Shown here in pieces: positions 1 to 7,956 of a stretch of 32,469 bases of DNA; positions within the stretch are counted from its first letter, which is position 1; each line of letters starts with the position of its first letter. The DNA lies in NCBI GenBank assembly GCA_038209745.1, contig JBBQXJ010000055.1:1-32469 (forward strand), read 5' to 3'. Made by a program: the position numbers and the translations under genes. The notes under the pieces were generated by a model. The model had not been told where the DNA came from. It saw only the letters and a program-made list of their open reading frames with translations, and did not search any database. This stretch comes from Verrucomicrobiota bacterium (GTDB lineage: Bacteria; Verrucomicrobiota; Verrucomicrobiia; Limisphaerales; CANJSG01).

Positions 1-195
1 GTTCCGACGACGACCGTTCCGACGACGACCGTTCCGACGACGACCGTTCCGACGACGACCGTTCCGACGACGACCGTTCCGACGACGACCGTTCCGACGA
101 CGACCGTTCCAACGACGACCGGTCCAACGACGACCGTTCCAACGACGACCGTTCCAACGACGACCGTTCCAACGACGACCGTTCCAACGACGTCC
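1..195 (+). repeat. Coding tandem repeat, 15-bp unit GTTCC(G/A)ACGACGACC, at least 13 copies, encoding (VPTTT)n
   Basis: Direct count: copies 1-7 have CCG, copies 8-13 have CCA, copy 9 starts GGT, copy 13 ends TCC. The array runs off the left edge. Confidence 0.97.
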
Positions 196-1281
196 GTTCC
201 TCTGCCGTCGCCCGAGTTAGTGGTCTTTGGTGCGACCCAGGGAGTCCGAATCGGGGAAGGTCGTGGGCCGTTTTCAGCCCGATCGGTTGGGATGTCGTCT
301 CCGAAAGCAGCGTTCTCGGATCCGATGGCGCCGCCGGATTTGATGGCGGCCGTGGTGGCGACCATCGACCGAGGGATGCAGAGCGTTACACGGGACGAAA
401 TGGCTGGATCCGGGGGCGAGAGGGACGGCAGCCAGACGCCGGAGCATCCGGAGCCATCGATCGCGCGCGGGACCGTGAACCGTCGGCTTGAATCCCGTGC
501 CCTGGATCGGCCCGGGAATCAGTTGGTTTTTCCGGCTGGCATATCGACTGCTCGTGAGTTGAGCAGGATGAATACTGCGCCTCAGACGGTCGAAACTGCC
601 GGTCCAACCGGCAATTTTGTTCCTGCTACCCCTCCAACTTTGCCGGTTAGGAGCATTGCTCCCAAGTCGGTCGACGCGAGCGTGGAGTTGCTGCCCAACG
701 GCCTGCCTACTTCTTTTGTCGCGCTCTCGATGGCCGCCGATGTTGCGTCCGTTCAAGGGGCCGACCAGATCCGGCAGTTGGATCGCATCGAAGCGGTGGA
801 ACGGATCAAGTCCGTCGTCAGCCACGAAGTCGAGGTGCTCAAGAGCGCCGGCGCCGGTTCGCTTGCCGTCATGCTCCGACCCGATCCCGAGACCGAACTT
901 TTTGTCCAGATCACCCGTACAAGCCATGGGTTCGACGCCTTTGTAAGGGTAGACAAGGGGGACGCCGCCGAGCTGCGCCAAGGATGGGACCGCCTTCAAG
1001 CCAGTTTGGCCGGCCAGCAGGTGCGGCTGCTTCCGCTGCAGTCCTCCGATTTCAACAACCAGCCGCAGCGACAGCCGGCGCAGCACGAGAGCCAGAACTT
1101 CGCCGAGTCCCGCGGCGAGTTCCGGGAAGGTCCCGGATTCGGCCGCGAGCAGCGCGGAGGCCGGGAAACGCGCGAAGACCGGAACCCGCTCCCGCAGATG
1201 ACCGGCCGTCCCTCCCATCGTCCGGCCCTTGCCCGGAAGGGGGAATACGGTAGCGGACGCTCCTTCGAAACCTGGGCCTGA
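1..1281 (+). CDS. fliK: Flagellar hook-length control protein, 5'-truncated by the window edge
   Basis: Frame 1 is open from base 1 to TGA at 1279-1281, so the ORF-track start at 220 is internal. Low-complexity P/T/S/A-rich N-region, then a Flg_hook-like C-domain (LAVMLRPDPETELFVQI...LRQGWDRLQASLAGQQVRL) and a Q/G/R-rich tail. Lies directly upstream of flgD, the usual position. Confidence 0.8.
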   Translation, partial: VPTTTVPTTTVPTTTVPTTTVPTTTVPTTTVPTTTVPTTTGPTTTVPTTTVPTTTVPTTTVPTTSVPLPSPELVVFGATQGVRIGEGRGPFSARSVGMSSPKAAFSDPMAPPDLMAAVVATIDRGMQSVTRDEMAGSGGERDGSQTPEHPEPSIARGTVNRRLESRALDRPGNQLVFPAGISTARELSRMNTAPQTVETAGPTGNFVPATPPTLPVRSIAPKSVDASVELLPNGLPTSFVALSMAADVASVQGADQIRQLDRIEAVERIKSVVSHEVEVLKSAGAGSLAVMLRPDPETELFVQITRTSHGFDAFVRVDKGDAAELRQGWDRLQASLAGQQVRLLPLQSSDFNNQPQRQPAQHESQNFAESRGEFREGPGFGREQRGGRETREDRNPLPQMTGRPSHRPALARKGEYGSGRSFETWA

Positions 1282-1302
1282 ACCCCGCCGACACCACACG
1301 CC

Positions 1303-1794
1303 ATGACCCCCGCCATTTCATCCAACGACGCCGCCTCCATCGACCGGTTCAACGCCGAAACCTTCGCGACCGCGCGGAAGCCGTCGGACACGCTCAACCA
1401 GAACTCCTTCATCAAGCTCCTGGTGACCCAGCTCCAGAACCAGGATCCCAGCGCGCCGCTTTCGAACAACGACTTCGCGCAGCAGGTGACGAGTTTCAGC
1501 ACGCTCCAGTCGACCCAGAGCATGCAGACCGACATGTCATGGCTCCGTTCCAGCTCGCTGATCGGCAGCACGGTCGATGTCATGCCCGGCAGCAGCACCA
1601 ATTCGGCGGACATGGTCTCCGGAGTCGTGTCCAAGGTGTCGCTCGTGGACGGAGTTCCGCAGATCGTCGTCAACGGCCAGACCTACAAGATGTCCGAGGT
1701 GAAAAACGTCCGGCTCCCCGATCCCAAAGTCCAGCAAACGGCGGTTCAAACATCCGCCACCCAGATTCCAGTGGCTCACAACAACGTCTCCTAA
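1303..1794 (+). CDS. flgD: Flagellar hook capping protein
   Basis: LNQNSFIKLLVTQLQNQDPSAPLSNNDFAQQVTSFS is the FlgD signature; sits between fliK and flgE. Confidence 0.93.
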   Translation: MTPAISSNDAASIDRFNAETFATARKPSDTLNQNSFIKLLVTQLQNQDPSAPLSNNDFAQQVTSFSTLQSTQSMQTDMSWLRSSSLIGSTVDVMPGSSTNSADMVSGVVSKVSLVDGVPQIVVNGQTYKMSEVKNVRLPDPKVQQTAVQTSATQIPVAHNNVS

Positions 1795-1805
1795 AAAATC
1801 GACCT

Positions 1806-2663
1806 ATGATTCGCTCCCTTTCTTCCGCCGTCAGCGGACTTCAGAGTTTCCAGAACCAGATTGACGTCATCGGCAACAACATCTCGAACGTGAACACGAC
1901 GGCCTACAAAGCCGCCCGCACCGAGTTTTCGGATGCCTTCAGCCAGACTCTCCGGGGATCCGCACCGGCCAGCGCTTCCGGCTCGGGACTCACCGCCATC
2001 CAGGTCGGCTCGGGCGTCAGCACCACTTCCATCCACAACATCGACACCCAAGGCGCTCTCAGCCGCTCCGGAGTGACCTCGGACATGGCGATCGCGGGCG
2101 AAGGCTACTTCTTGGTCAAGGACGCCCTCAGCGGCACCACCTACGCCACCCGCGACGGCACGTTCCATCTCGACGCCAACAGCTACCTCGTCACCTCCGA
2201 TGGGCTCCGTGTCCAAGGGAACGACATATCGGGCGGGGTCAGCACCGTCGGCGATATCAAGATCGACGCCGATGGTAAGACCAACGCCGCCGGCGTCCCT
2301 CTCGGCGTCCAGGGCTGGACGGTGGACACCAGCGGAGACATAAACGTGGCTCTCTCCGACGGCATGTCCAACTTCACCCGGGGAAGCATCCTCCTGCAGA
2401 ACTACGCGAACCCCCAGGCGTTGATGAAATCGGGCAACAACCTCTATGCCGGACTCGCCAACGCCAACCCTGTCAGCGCCCCTGCTCGCGCCGGAACCGC
2501 CGGGCTGGGAACCGTTGTCTCCGGCGCGCTGGAGCTGTCGAACGTCGATCTCGCGAAGGAGTTCTCCGACCTGATCATCGCGCAGCGTTCGTTCCAGGCG
2601 ACCTCGAAGATGATCACCACGAGCGACGAAGTGCTCCAGGAGCTCGTCAACCTCAAGCGCTAA
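1806..2663 (+). CDS. flgE: Flagellar hook protein, short 285-aa form
   Basis: ATG at 1806 gives MIRSLSSAVSGL...IGNNISNVNTTAYK; also DMAIAGEGYF, TRDGTF and C-terminal LELSNVDLAKEFSDLIIAQRSFQA...LQELVNLKR. Position after flgD favours FlgE over FlgG. Confidence 0.85.
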   Translation: MIRSLSSAVSGLQSFQNQIDVIGNNISNVNTTAYKAARTEFSDAFSQTLRGSAPASASGSGLTAIQVGSGVSTTSIHNIDTQGALSRSGVTSDMAIAGEGYFLVKDALSGTTYATRDGTFHLDANSYLVTSDGLRVQGNDISGGVSTVGDIKIDADGKTNAAGVPLGVQGWTVDTSGDINVALSDGMSNFTRGSILLQNYANPQALMKSGNNLYAGLANANPVSAPARAGTAGLGTVVSGALELSNVDLAKEFSDLIIAQRSFQATSKMITTSDEVLQELVNLKR

Positions 2664-2689
2664 CGTTCCCTTAACCGCACCCAAGGCCC

Positions 2690-3292
2690 ATGTCCGAAAA
2701 CAAGGAAGAAGCAAAAAGCGCGGCCCCGGCCGCGCCGGCGGCCGGAGGCATCAAGCCCATGCTGCCGCTCATCATCTCCGTGGTCCTGATGCCGGTGCTG
2801 GCCTATGTGATGACGGCCTTCGTTCTCGTGCCCCAGCTCAAGTCCGCAGCCGGAGCCGCTCCGGCCGGCGCGCACGTTGAAGATCCGGCCGGGGAGGGAG
2901 GCCATGGTCCGTCCGCCGAGAAGGCTCCTGCGGGCCACGGCGCCGCTCCTGCCGGACATGGAGAGACCGCCGGCGCGCCCACTCCCAAGGGCGCTCCCAA
3001 ATTTGCGATCCAAAGGATGATGGTGAACCTCGCCGGCACGTCCGGCGCGCGCATCCTCATGACCAGCCTGACCCTCGTGGGAGAGAAGAGTAATTTCACC
3101 AGCTTCATGGAGGAGAACAAGGACAAGATCCTGGACGTCGCCAATGGGACGCTCGGCTCCAAGACCATTCCCGATCTCGAAAAGCCGGGTGCCCGGAACC
3201 AGCTCCGCTCCGAGCTCCTGACCGTCATCAACGGCGCCCTCGGCGGCGACGTGGTGAAGGAGATCTACATCACCGAGATGGCCATCCAGTAG
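2690..3292 (+). CDS. fliL: Flagellar basal body-associated protein
   Basis: Single N-terminal TM helix, A/P/G/H-rich linker, C-domain MMVNLAG...VKEIYITEMAIQ; upstream of fliM. Confidence 0.88.
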   Translation: MSENKEEAKSAAPAAPAAGGIKPMLPLIISVVLMPVLAYVMTAFVLVPQLKSAAGAAPAGAHVEDPAGEGGHGPSAEKAPAGHGAAPAGHGETAGAPTPKGAPKFAIQRMMVNLAGTSGARILMTSLTLVGEKSNFTSFMEENKDKILDVANGTLGSKTIPDLEKPGARNQLRSELLTVINGALGGDVVKEIYITEMAIQ

Positions 3293-3318
3293 ACGGCCGT
3301 TCCAGACCCACCACCGCC

Positions 3319-4347
3319 ATGGATCCGGCCCAGGAAGAACAAGAACAGGACCAGCAACAGGCTGAAGTCCTGTCCCAGAACGAAGTCGAGCGGCTTCTCG
3401 CCGAGGTCTCCGTCAGCGACCACAGCGTTGTCGTCCATCAGGGAGGCGAGCAGAAGAGCCTTTTGGCCAAGGAGACGATCCAGCCCTACGACTTCCGCAA
3501 CCCGGTCTTCCTGTCGCAGGGCGATCTGCGCAGGCTCCGCCTCCACCACGAGAACTTCATCAAGAACCTCGCTTCCCGCCTCTCCATGTATCTGCGGCTC
3601 GAGGTGGGCTTGCAGATGTCGAAGCTGCACACCATCCCGTTCGAGAAGTTCACCGAAGGCCTCAATAATCCCGGCTACATCAGCGTCTTCAAGGTCGAGC
3701 CCCTGCACGGCCTCTGCATCCTGGAAATGCACCCCCGCCTCGGCCTCACCATCGTCGATCGGATGATGGGTGGCCCCGCGCACTCCATCAACCACGAGCA
3801 CGATTTGTCGGACATCGAGCACGCCCTGCTCGAACAGGTCGTGCAGCTCATCATGACCGAGTGGACGGGGTCCTGGGCCGAATTCCAGGAGCTCCGCCCG
3901 AAGATGGTCGGCACGGAGAACAACGGCCGTTTCCTCCAGACCGCGCCGCACGACACCATCTTTCTCGCCATGACGCTCGAAGCGCGCGTCGGCGACTGCA
4001 TGGAGCAGATGCAGCTTGGCATCCCGTTCCACACCTTGGAGACGCTCATCCGGCGCCTCAGCCAGAACATCGACTCCCATCTGGAGGCGCCTACGGTCGC
4101 GGGCGGGCCCGTTTGGAACCACCGCTTCGACGACGTGCCGGTGCCCGTCACCGCCGAGTGGCAGGATCTTGAGCTCACCGCCGGCGCGATCGCCCGTCTG
4201 CAGCCGGGCGATGTCATCAAGCTCGATCCCTCCATGTCGCGGGAGATTCGCGTCCGCCTTTCCCAGATCACGAAATTCAACGCCAGTCTCGGCGTGCAGG
4301 ACGGCCGATGGGCCGTCGAACTTTCCCAAGTCCTCAAGAACCAATGA
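3319..4347 (+). CDS. fliM: Flagellar motor switch protein
   Basis: N-terminal LSQNEVERLL (CheY-P-binding motif type), YDFRNP, C-terminal SpoA-like region LQPGDVIKL. Confidence 0.95.
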   Translation: MDPAQEEQEQDQQQAEVLSQNEVERLLAEVSVSDHSVVVHQGGEQKSLLAKETIQPYDFRNPVFLSQGDLRRLRLHHENFIKNLASRLSMYLRLEVGLQMSKLHTIPFEKFTEGLNNPGYISVFKVEPLHGLCILEMHPRLGLTIVDRMMGGPAHSINHEHDLSDIEHALLEQVVQLIMTEWTGSWAEFQELRPKMVGTENNGRFLQTAPHDTIFLAMTLEARVGDCMEQMQLGIPFHTLETLIRRLSQNIDSHLEAPTVAGGPVWNHRFDDVPVPVTAEWQDLELTAGAIARLQPGDVIKLDPSMSREIRVRLSQITKFNASLGVQDGRWAVELSQVLKNQ

Positions 4348-4607
4348 CTCCCATGGATGCTGTTTCCCCCAATCTCGACGTGCTGATGGAGGTCCCGGTC
4401 AAGGTCACCGTGGAACTCGGCTCCTGCATGATGCCGATGAAGGACGTCCTCCGGCTCGCCGCCGGTTCCGTCGTGCAGCTCGACAAGGTGGCCGACGCCC
4501 CCGTCGACCTCTACGTCAACCATCGGCGCATCGCCGTCGGCGAGGTCGTCGTCGTCGAGGACCAGTTCGGCATCAAGATCACCAGGATCCTCGGCTCGAA
4601 CGAGTGA
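4344..4607 (+). CDS. fliN: Flagellar motor switch protein
   Basis: ATGA overlap with the fliM stop; NLDVLMEVPVKVTVELG...GEVVVVEDQFGIKITRI. Confidence 0.95.
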   Translation: MTPMDAVSPNLDVLMEVPVKVTVELGSCMMPMKDVLRLAAGSVVQLDKVADAPVDLYVNHRRIAVGEVVVVEDQFGIKITRILGSNE

Positions 4608-4617
4608 GCCTCCGCCC

Positions 4618-5118
4618 ATGTCCTTTTCCCGAAAACTGGTCCAGTTCGTCTGTCTCGCGTTGCTGGGCGTAGCGGCCTCCGCCGCCGACGGGACGAACGC
4701 CGTGCTTCTGTCCGCCGCTCCCGGGCTCGACTCCCCGGCGGCCCCGACTCCGGGGTTCGACGCGGGCGAATCATTCGTGCGCGTCTTCGGTGCGCTCATG
4801 GTGGTGCTCGCGATCTTCTTCGGCGCCGTCTGGTTCTACCGGAACTGGCAACGGGTGATTCGCCGGAGCCAGGGCGGCGTCCGGTTGAACGTCATGGAAG
4901 TCCGCTCGCTCGGGAACAAGCAGTCGCTGGTGGTGATCGGTTACGGTCCGCAGCGGATGCTTCTCGGCGCGACTCCGTCCGGTATCAGCATGCTCACCCA
5001 TCTGCCGGCCGAAGAGGCCGCCGAAGCCAGTCAGGACGTGGCGGCTCCGGCCCTGCCTCCGGCGTCTCCGAGCTTCATGGAGGCCCTCCGGCAGGTCGTC
5101 GCAAGGAAAGGGCCATGA
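4618..5118 (+). CDS. fliO: Flagellar biosynthesis protein FliO/FliZ-type
   Basis: TM helix followed by LNVMEVRSLGNKQSLVVIGYGPQRMLLGATPSGISML; between fliN and fliP. Confidence 0.88.
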   Translation: MSFSRKLVQFVCLALLGVAASAADGTNAVLLSAAPGLDSPAAPTPGFDAGESFVRVFGALMVVLAIFFGAVWFYRNWQRVIRRSQGGVRLNVMEVRSLGNKQSLVVIGYGPQRMLLGATPSGISMLTHLPAEEAAEASQDVAAPALPPASPSFMEALRQVVARKGP

Positions 5119-5906
5119 ACCGGTCCACCTTCCATCGTTGGTTCGGGCTGGGCTTGCTTCTCCTCGCCTTCTTCGCGGTTCCGGTGTCCGCCCAGACGCC
5201 GTCGCCCGCGACCCCCGCGAGCGGGATTCCGACCCCCTTCGGGATCAAAGTCAGCATGAACGGGGGCGAACAAGGGCAGGACGTCGACTCCGCGGTCAAG
5301 TTGATCGTCATCATGACGCTCCTGACGCTCGCCCCGTCGATCATCCTCCTGATGACCTCGTTCACACGGACGGTCATCGTGCTTTCCTTCGTCCGCACCG
5401 CGCTCTCGCTCCAGGGCGCCCCGTCGAACCAGATCATCGTCGGCCTCTCGCTCTTCCTTACCTTCTTCATCATGGCGCCCACCTGGGAGCGCATCGACAA
5501 GGAGGCGATCACGCCCTATCGCGCCAAGGAGATCACCAGCCAGCAGGCGATGGACCGCGCCGCCATCCCGATAAAAGCCTTCATGCTCCGGCAGGCCCGT
5601 CCGAAGGACGTGGAGCTCTTCATCGAGCTGGCCAAGCTGGGGCCGACCACCGTCCAGGACCTTCCGATCAAGGTCGTCGTGCCCGCGTTCATCATGAGCG
5701 AGCTGCGCACGGCCTTCCAGATGGGCTTCCTGCTCTTCCTGCCGTTCATCCTCATCGACCTCGTGGTCGCCACCGTCCTGATGAGCATGGGCATGATGAT
5801 GATGCCTCCGATGACGATTTCACTGCCGCTCAAGATCCTGCTCTTCGTCCTGGTGGACGGCTGGAACCTGCTCGTGAAGTCCATCGTGATGAGTTTCGGA
5901 ACCTGA
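5115..5906 (+). CDS. fliP: Flagellar export apparatus protein
   Basis: MTSFTR, PAFIMSELRTAFQMGF, LMSMGMMMMPP and LFVLVDGW signatures. Confidence 0.97.
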   Translation: MNRSTFHRWFGLGLLLLAFFAVPVSAQTPSPATPASGIPTPFGIKVSMNGGEQGQDVDSAVKLIVIMTLLTLAPSIILLMTSFTRTVIVLSFVRTALSLQGAPSNQIIVGLSLFLTFFIMAPTWERIDKEAITPYRAKEITSQQAMDRAAIPIKAFMLRQARPKDVELFIELAKLGPTTVQDLPIKVVVPAFIMSELRTAFQMGFLLFLPFILIDLVVATVLMSMGMMMMPPMTISLPLKILLFVLVDGWNLLVKSIVMSFGT

Positions 5907-5909
5907 CTT

Positions 5910-6179
5910 ATGACCCCTGAAATGGCGATCGAACTGATCAAGAACATGGTCATGCTGGCCGTGTCCATGGCGGCGCCGCTGCTGCTCGCGGGCATGGTGG
6001 TCGGCCTCATGGTCAGCCTCTTCCAGGCCGTCACCTCCATCCAGGAACAGACCCTGACCTTCGTCCCCAAGGCGCTCGCCGTCCTCGCGGTCCTCATCAT
6101 ATCGCTGCCCTGGATGTTGCGGAAGGTCTCTGAGTTCACCGTCCAGCTCATCCAGAAGATGCCCGACATGGCCAAATAG
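5910..6179 (+). CDS. fliQ: Flagellar export apparatus protein
   Basis: VGLMVSLFQAVTSIQEQTLTFVPK signature, 89 aa. Confidence 0.97.
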   Translation: MTPEMAIELIKNMVMLAVSMAAPLLLAGMVVGLMVSLFQAVTSIQEQTLTFVPKALAVLAVLIISLPWMLRKVSEFTVQLIQKMPDMAK

Positions 6180-6186
6180 AGGACGC

Positions 6187-6948
6187 ATGGATCCGGCCCT
6201 CTTCAACTGGCTGATGGCGTTCCTCCGCGGTGGTTCGATGCTGGTCGTGTTTCCCGTCTTCTCCGCGGCCCAGGTGCCGGTGCGGGTCCGAATCGCCTCC
6301 GCCGCCTTTCTTGCCTGGTTCGTCTGCGACCCATTGGGCGGTCCCACTCCCGGCAGTCATGACTTGCTCGGGCTCGTCGGGACGATGGCGGTCGAAGTCT
6401 TCGTGGGGCTCGCCCTCGGCTTCAGCGCGCGGCTGTTCTTCTACGCCCTCGACATGGTGGGCGCGATCGTCACGGCCGAGATGGGATTGTCCCTGCAGTC
6501 GACCATCAACCCCATGAGCGCCACTCCCGGATCGACCGTCGGAACGCTCCTCAACTACGTCGCCGCCGTCATCTGGCTCTCGCTCGATCTCCACCACTGG
6601 CTCCTGCTCGGCTTTCGACGCGCCTACGAGCTGTTGCCGATCGGCGCGGCGGGTCTGGGCACGTGGACCGCCGACGAAATGATCCGCCGCACGAGCGGCA
6701 CCTTCCTGATGGCGCTCCAGATGACCGGGCCGATCATCGCGGTGTCTTTCATCATCTCCCTCGTCTTCTCCATCCTCGCCCGCGCCGTGCCCCAGATGAA
6801 CGTCTTCACCGAGAGTTTCAGCGTCCGTGCTCTTGGCATCCTCGCCACCTTCGGGCTGACCCTCCACATCGCCGCCCAGCACATGGTCAACTACCTCAAC
6901 CGGCTGCCCGAAGACTTTCTCCGGCTCGCCGCCATGATGGCGCGCTGA
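6187..6948 (+). CDS. fliR: Flagellar export apparatus protein
   Basis: Polytopic 253-aa protein with PVFS, LDLHHWLL and LARAVPQMNVF; follows fliQ. Confidence 0.95.
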   Translation: MDPALFNWLMAFLRGGSMLVVFPVFSAAQVPVRVRIASAAFLAWFVCDPLGGPTPGSHDLLGLVGTMAVEVFVGLALGFSARLFFYALDMVGAIVTAEMGLSLQSTINPMSATPGSTVGTLLNYVAAVIWLSLDLHHWLLLGFRRAYELLPIGAAGLGTWTADEMIRRTSGTFLMALQMTGPIIAVSFIISLVFSILARAVPQMNVFTESFSVRALGILATFGLTLHIAAQHMVNYLNRLPEDFLRLAAMMAR

Positions 6949-7865
6949 GAGTTCTCCCGGTAGCCACCGGGATGGATCCGGAATTCCCGCCGAAAGAGCC
7001 GGTTGAAGAAAGACAGCTGGTTGAACCCGTTCCCCAGAGCGATGGCGCTGATCGGTTCCATCGTGTCGCGCAACGCCCGGCAAACCGCCTGCAAGCGGAC
7101 CTGGTTCAAGAAGGTCGAGAACGGTTTCCCCGCATGTCGTTGGAACTGTCGCGCGAAGGTCGCCCGGCTCATCCCGGTCAACGCGTGCAGATCCTCCAAC
7201 CGCACCGCGTCGCGGTAGTGCGCGAGGATGTAGCTCACCGCCCGGCGGATCGCGTCCTGATGCTCCACCGTCCCGGCCAGAGCGAAGGCCCTTTCGGAGA
7301 GCGGATGCAGTTCCCGCTCCGGCGCATCGGACAACGTCCCGAGCAACCGGATGAACGCGGCGAACTGTTCCAGACCGCCCAGTTCCGCGAACTGCTGGAT
7401 CTGTTCGCGGGCCTGCCGCGCTGCTTCGCCCCTTAGATGCAGTCCTCGCTGGGCGCGCTCGTTCAGCTTTCGCAGCGGCCCCGCCGTTTCGCCGATGTTC
7501 CACAGCCCATGGTCCAGAGGGAGGTCCCATTGCAGCGACACGCCGGCCGAAGCGCCCCGTGGATGCCAGCAATGCGGCACGTTGGCCCCGAGCAGCACGA
7601 GGTCTCCCGGTTCAAAAAGCTCGATATGGTCCGCCACGAAACGGGTTCCGGCGCCGCGTTGGATCAGCGTGAGCTCCAGTTCCCGATGATAGTGCCACTC
7701 CTCGCCTCGGCCGTGCATCGGCTTGGTTCGACCGGGGGCTTGGACGACTTCGATCCGGTCGAGGCTGCGGCTCCAACGCAGCAGGCGAAAGGTCTGGCCT
7801 TCGGCCAGCTGGATGTCTTCGCGGGGAGCACGCACGGCTGGCACGATCCTCCGGATATGGGGCAC
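6891..7865 (-). CDS. AraC-family transcriptional regulator (cupin + double HTH)
   Basis: WHYHRELELTLIQRGAGTRFVAD...GDLVLLGANVPHCW cupin; C-terminal GMSRATFARQF...IALGNGFNQLSFFNRLFRR. GTG start. The 3' end overlaps fliR by 58 bp. Confidence 0.93.
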   Translation of the reverse strand: MPHIRRIVPAVRAPREDIQLAEGQTFRLLRWSRSLDRIEVVQAPGRTKPMHGRGEEWHYHRELELTLIQRGAGTRFVADHIELFEPGDLVLLGANVPHCWHPRGASAGVSLQWDLPLDHGLWNIGETAGPLRKLNERAQRGLHLRGEAARQAREQIQQFAELGGLEQFAAFIRLLGTLSDAPERELHPLSERAFALAGTVEHQDAIRRAVSYILAHYRDAVRLEDLHALTGMSRATFARQFQRHAGKPFSTFLNQVRLQAVCRALRDTMEPISAIALGNGFNQLSFFNRLFRREFRIHPGGYRENSQRAIMAASRRKSSGSRLR

Positions 7866-7881
7866 CAGGCAAGCGTGGCGA

Positions 7882-7950
7882 TGAGGCGATAGTGCCAGCG
7901 GTTGAGCCCCGAGGCGTAGCGCGGGGGAAGTGTTTCGGCCATCGTATAAC
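7882..7950 (+). promoter_or_regulatory. Candidate AraC-activated promoter of the sugar cluster
   Basis: Imperfect direct repeat TGAG...AG....AGCG starting at 7882 and 7903 (21-bp period); -10-like TATAAC at 7945-7950, 6 nt before the ATG; no recognisable -35. Confidence 0.35.
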
Positions 7951-7956
7951 CATCAA

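Noticed and set aside
1..195. Repeat array as a CRISPR or telomere-like array
   Set aside because: Units are contiguous 15-mers with no spacers and read in frame into fliK.
5779..5810. ATG triplet run in fliP as a slippage repeat
   Set aside because: It encodes the conserved MGMMM(M/L)PP motif of FliP.
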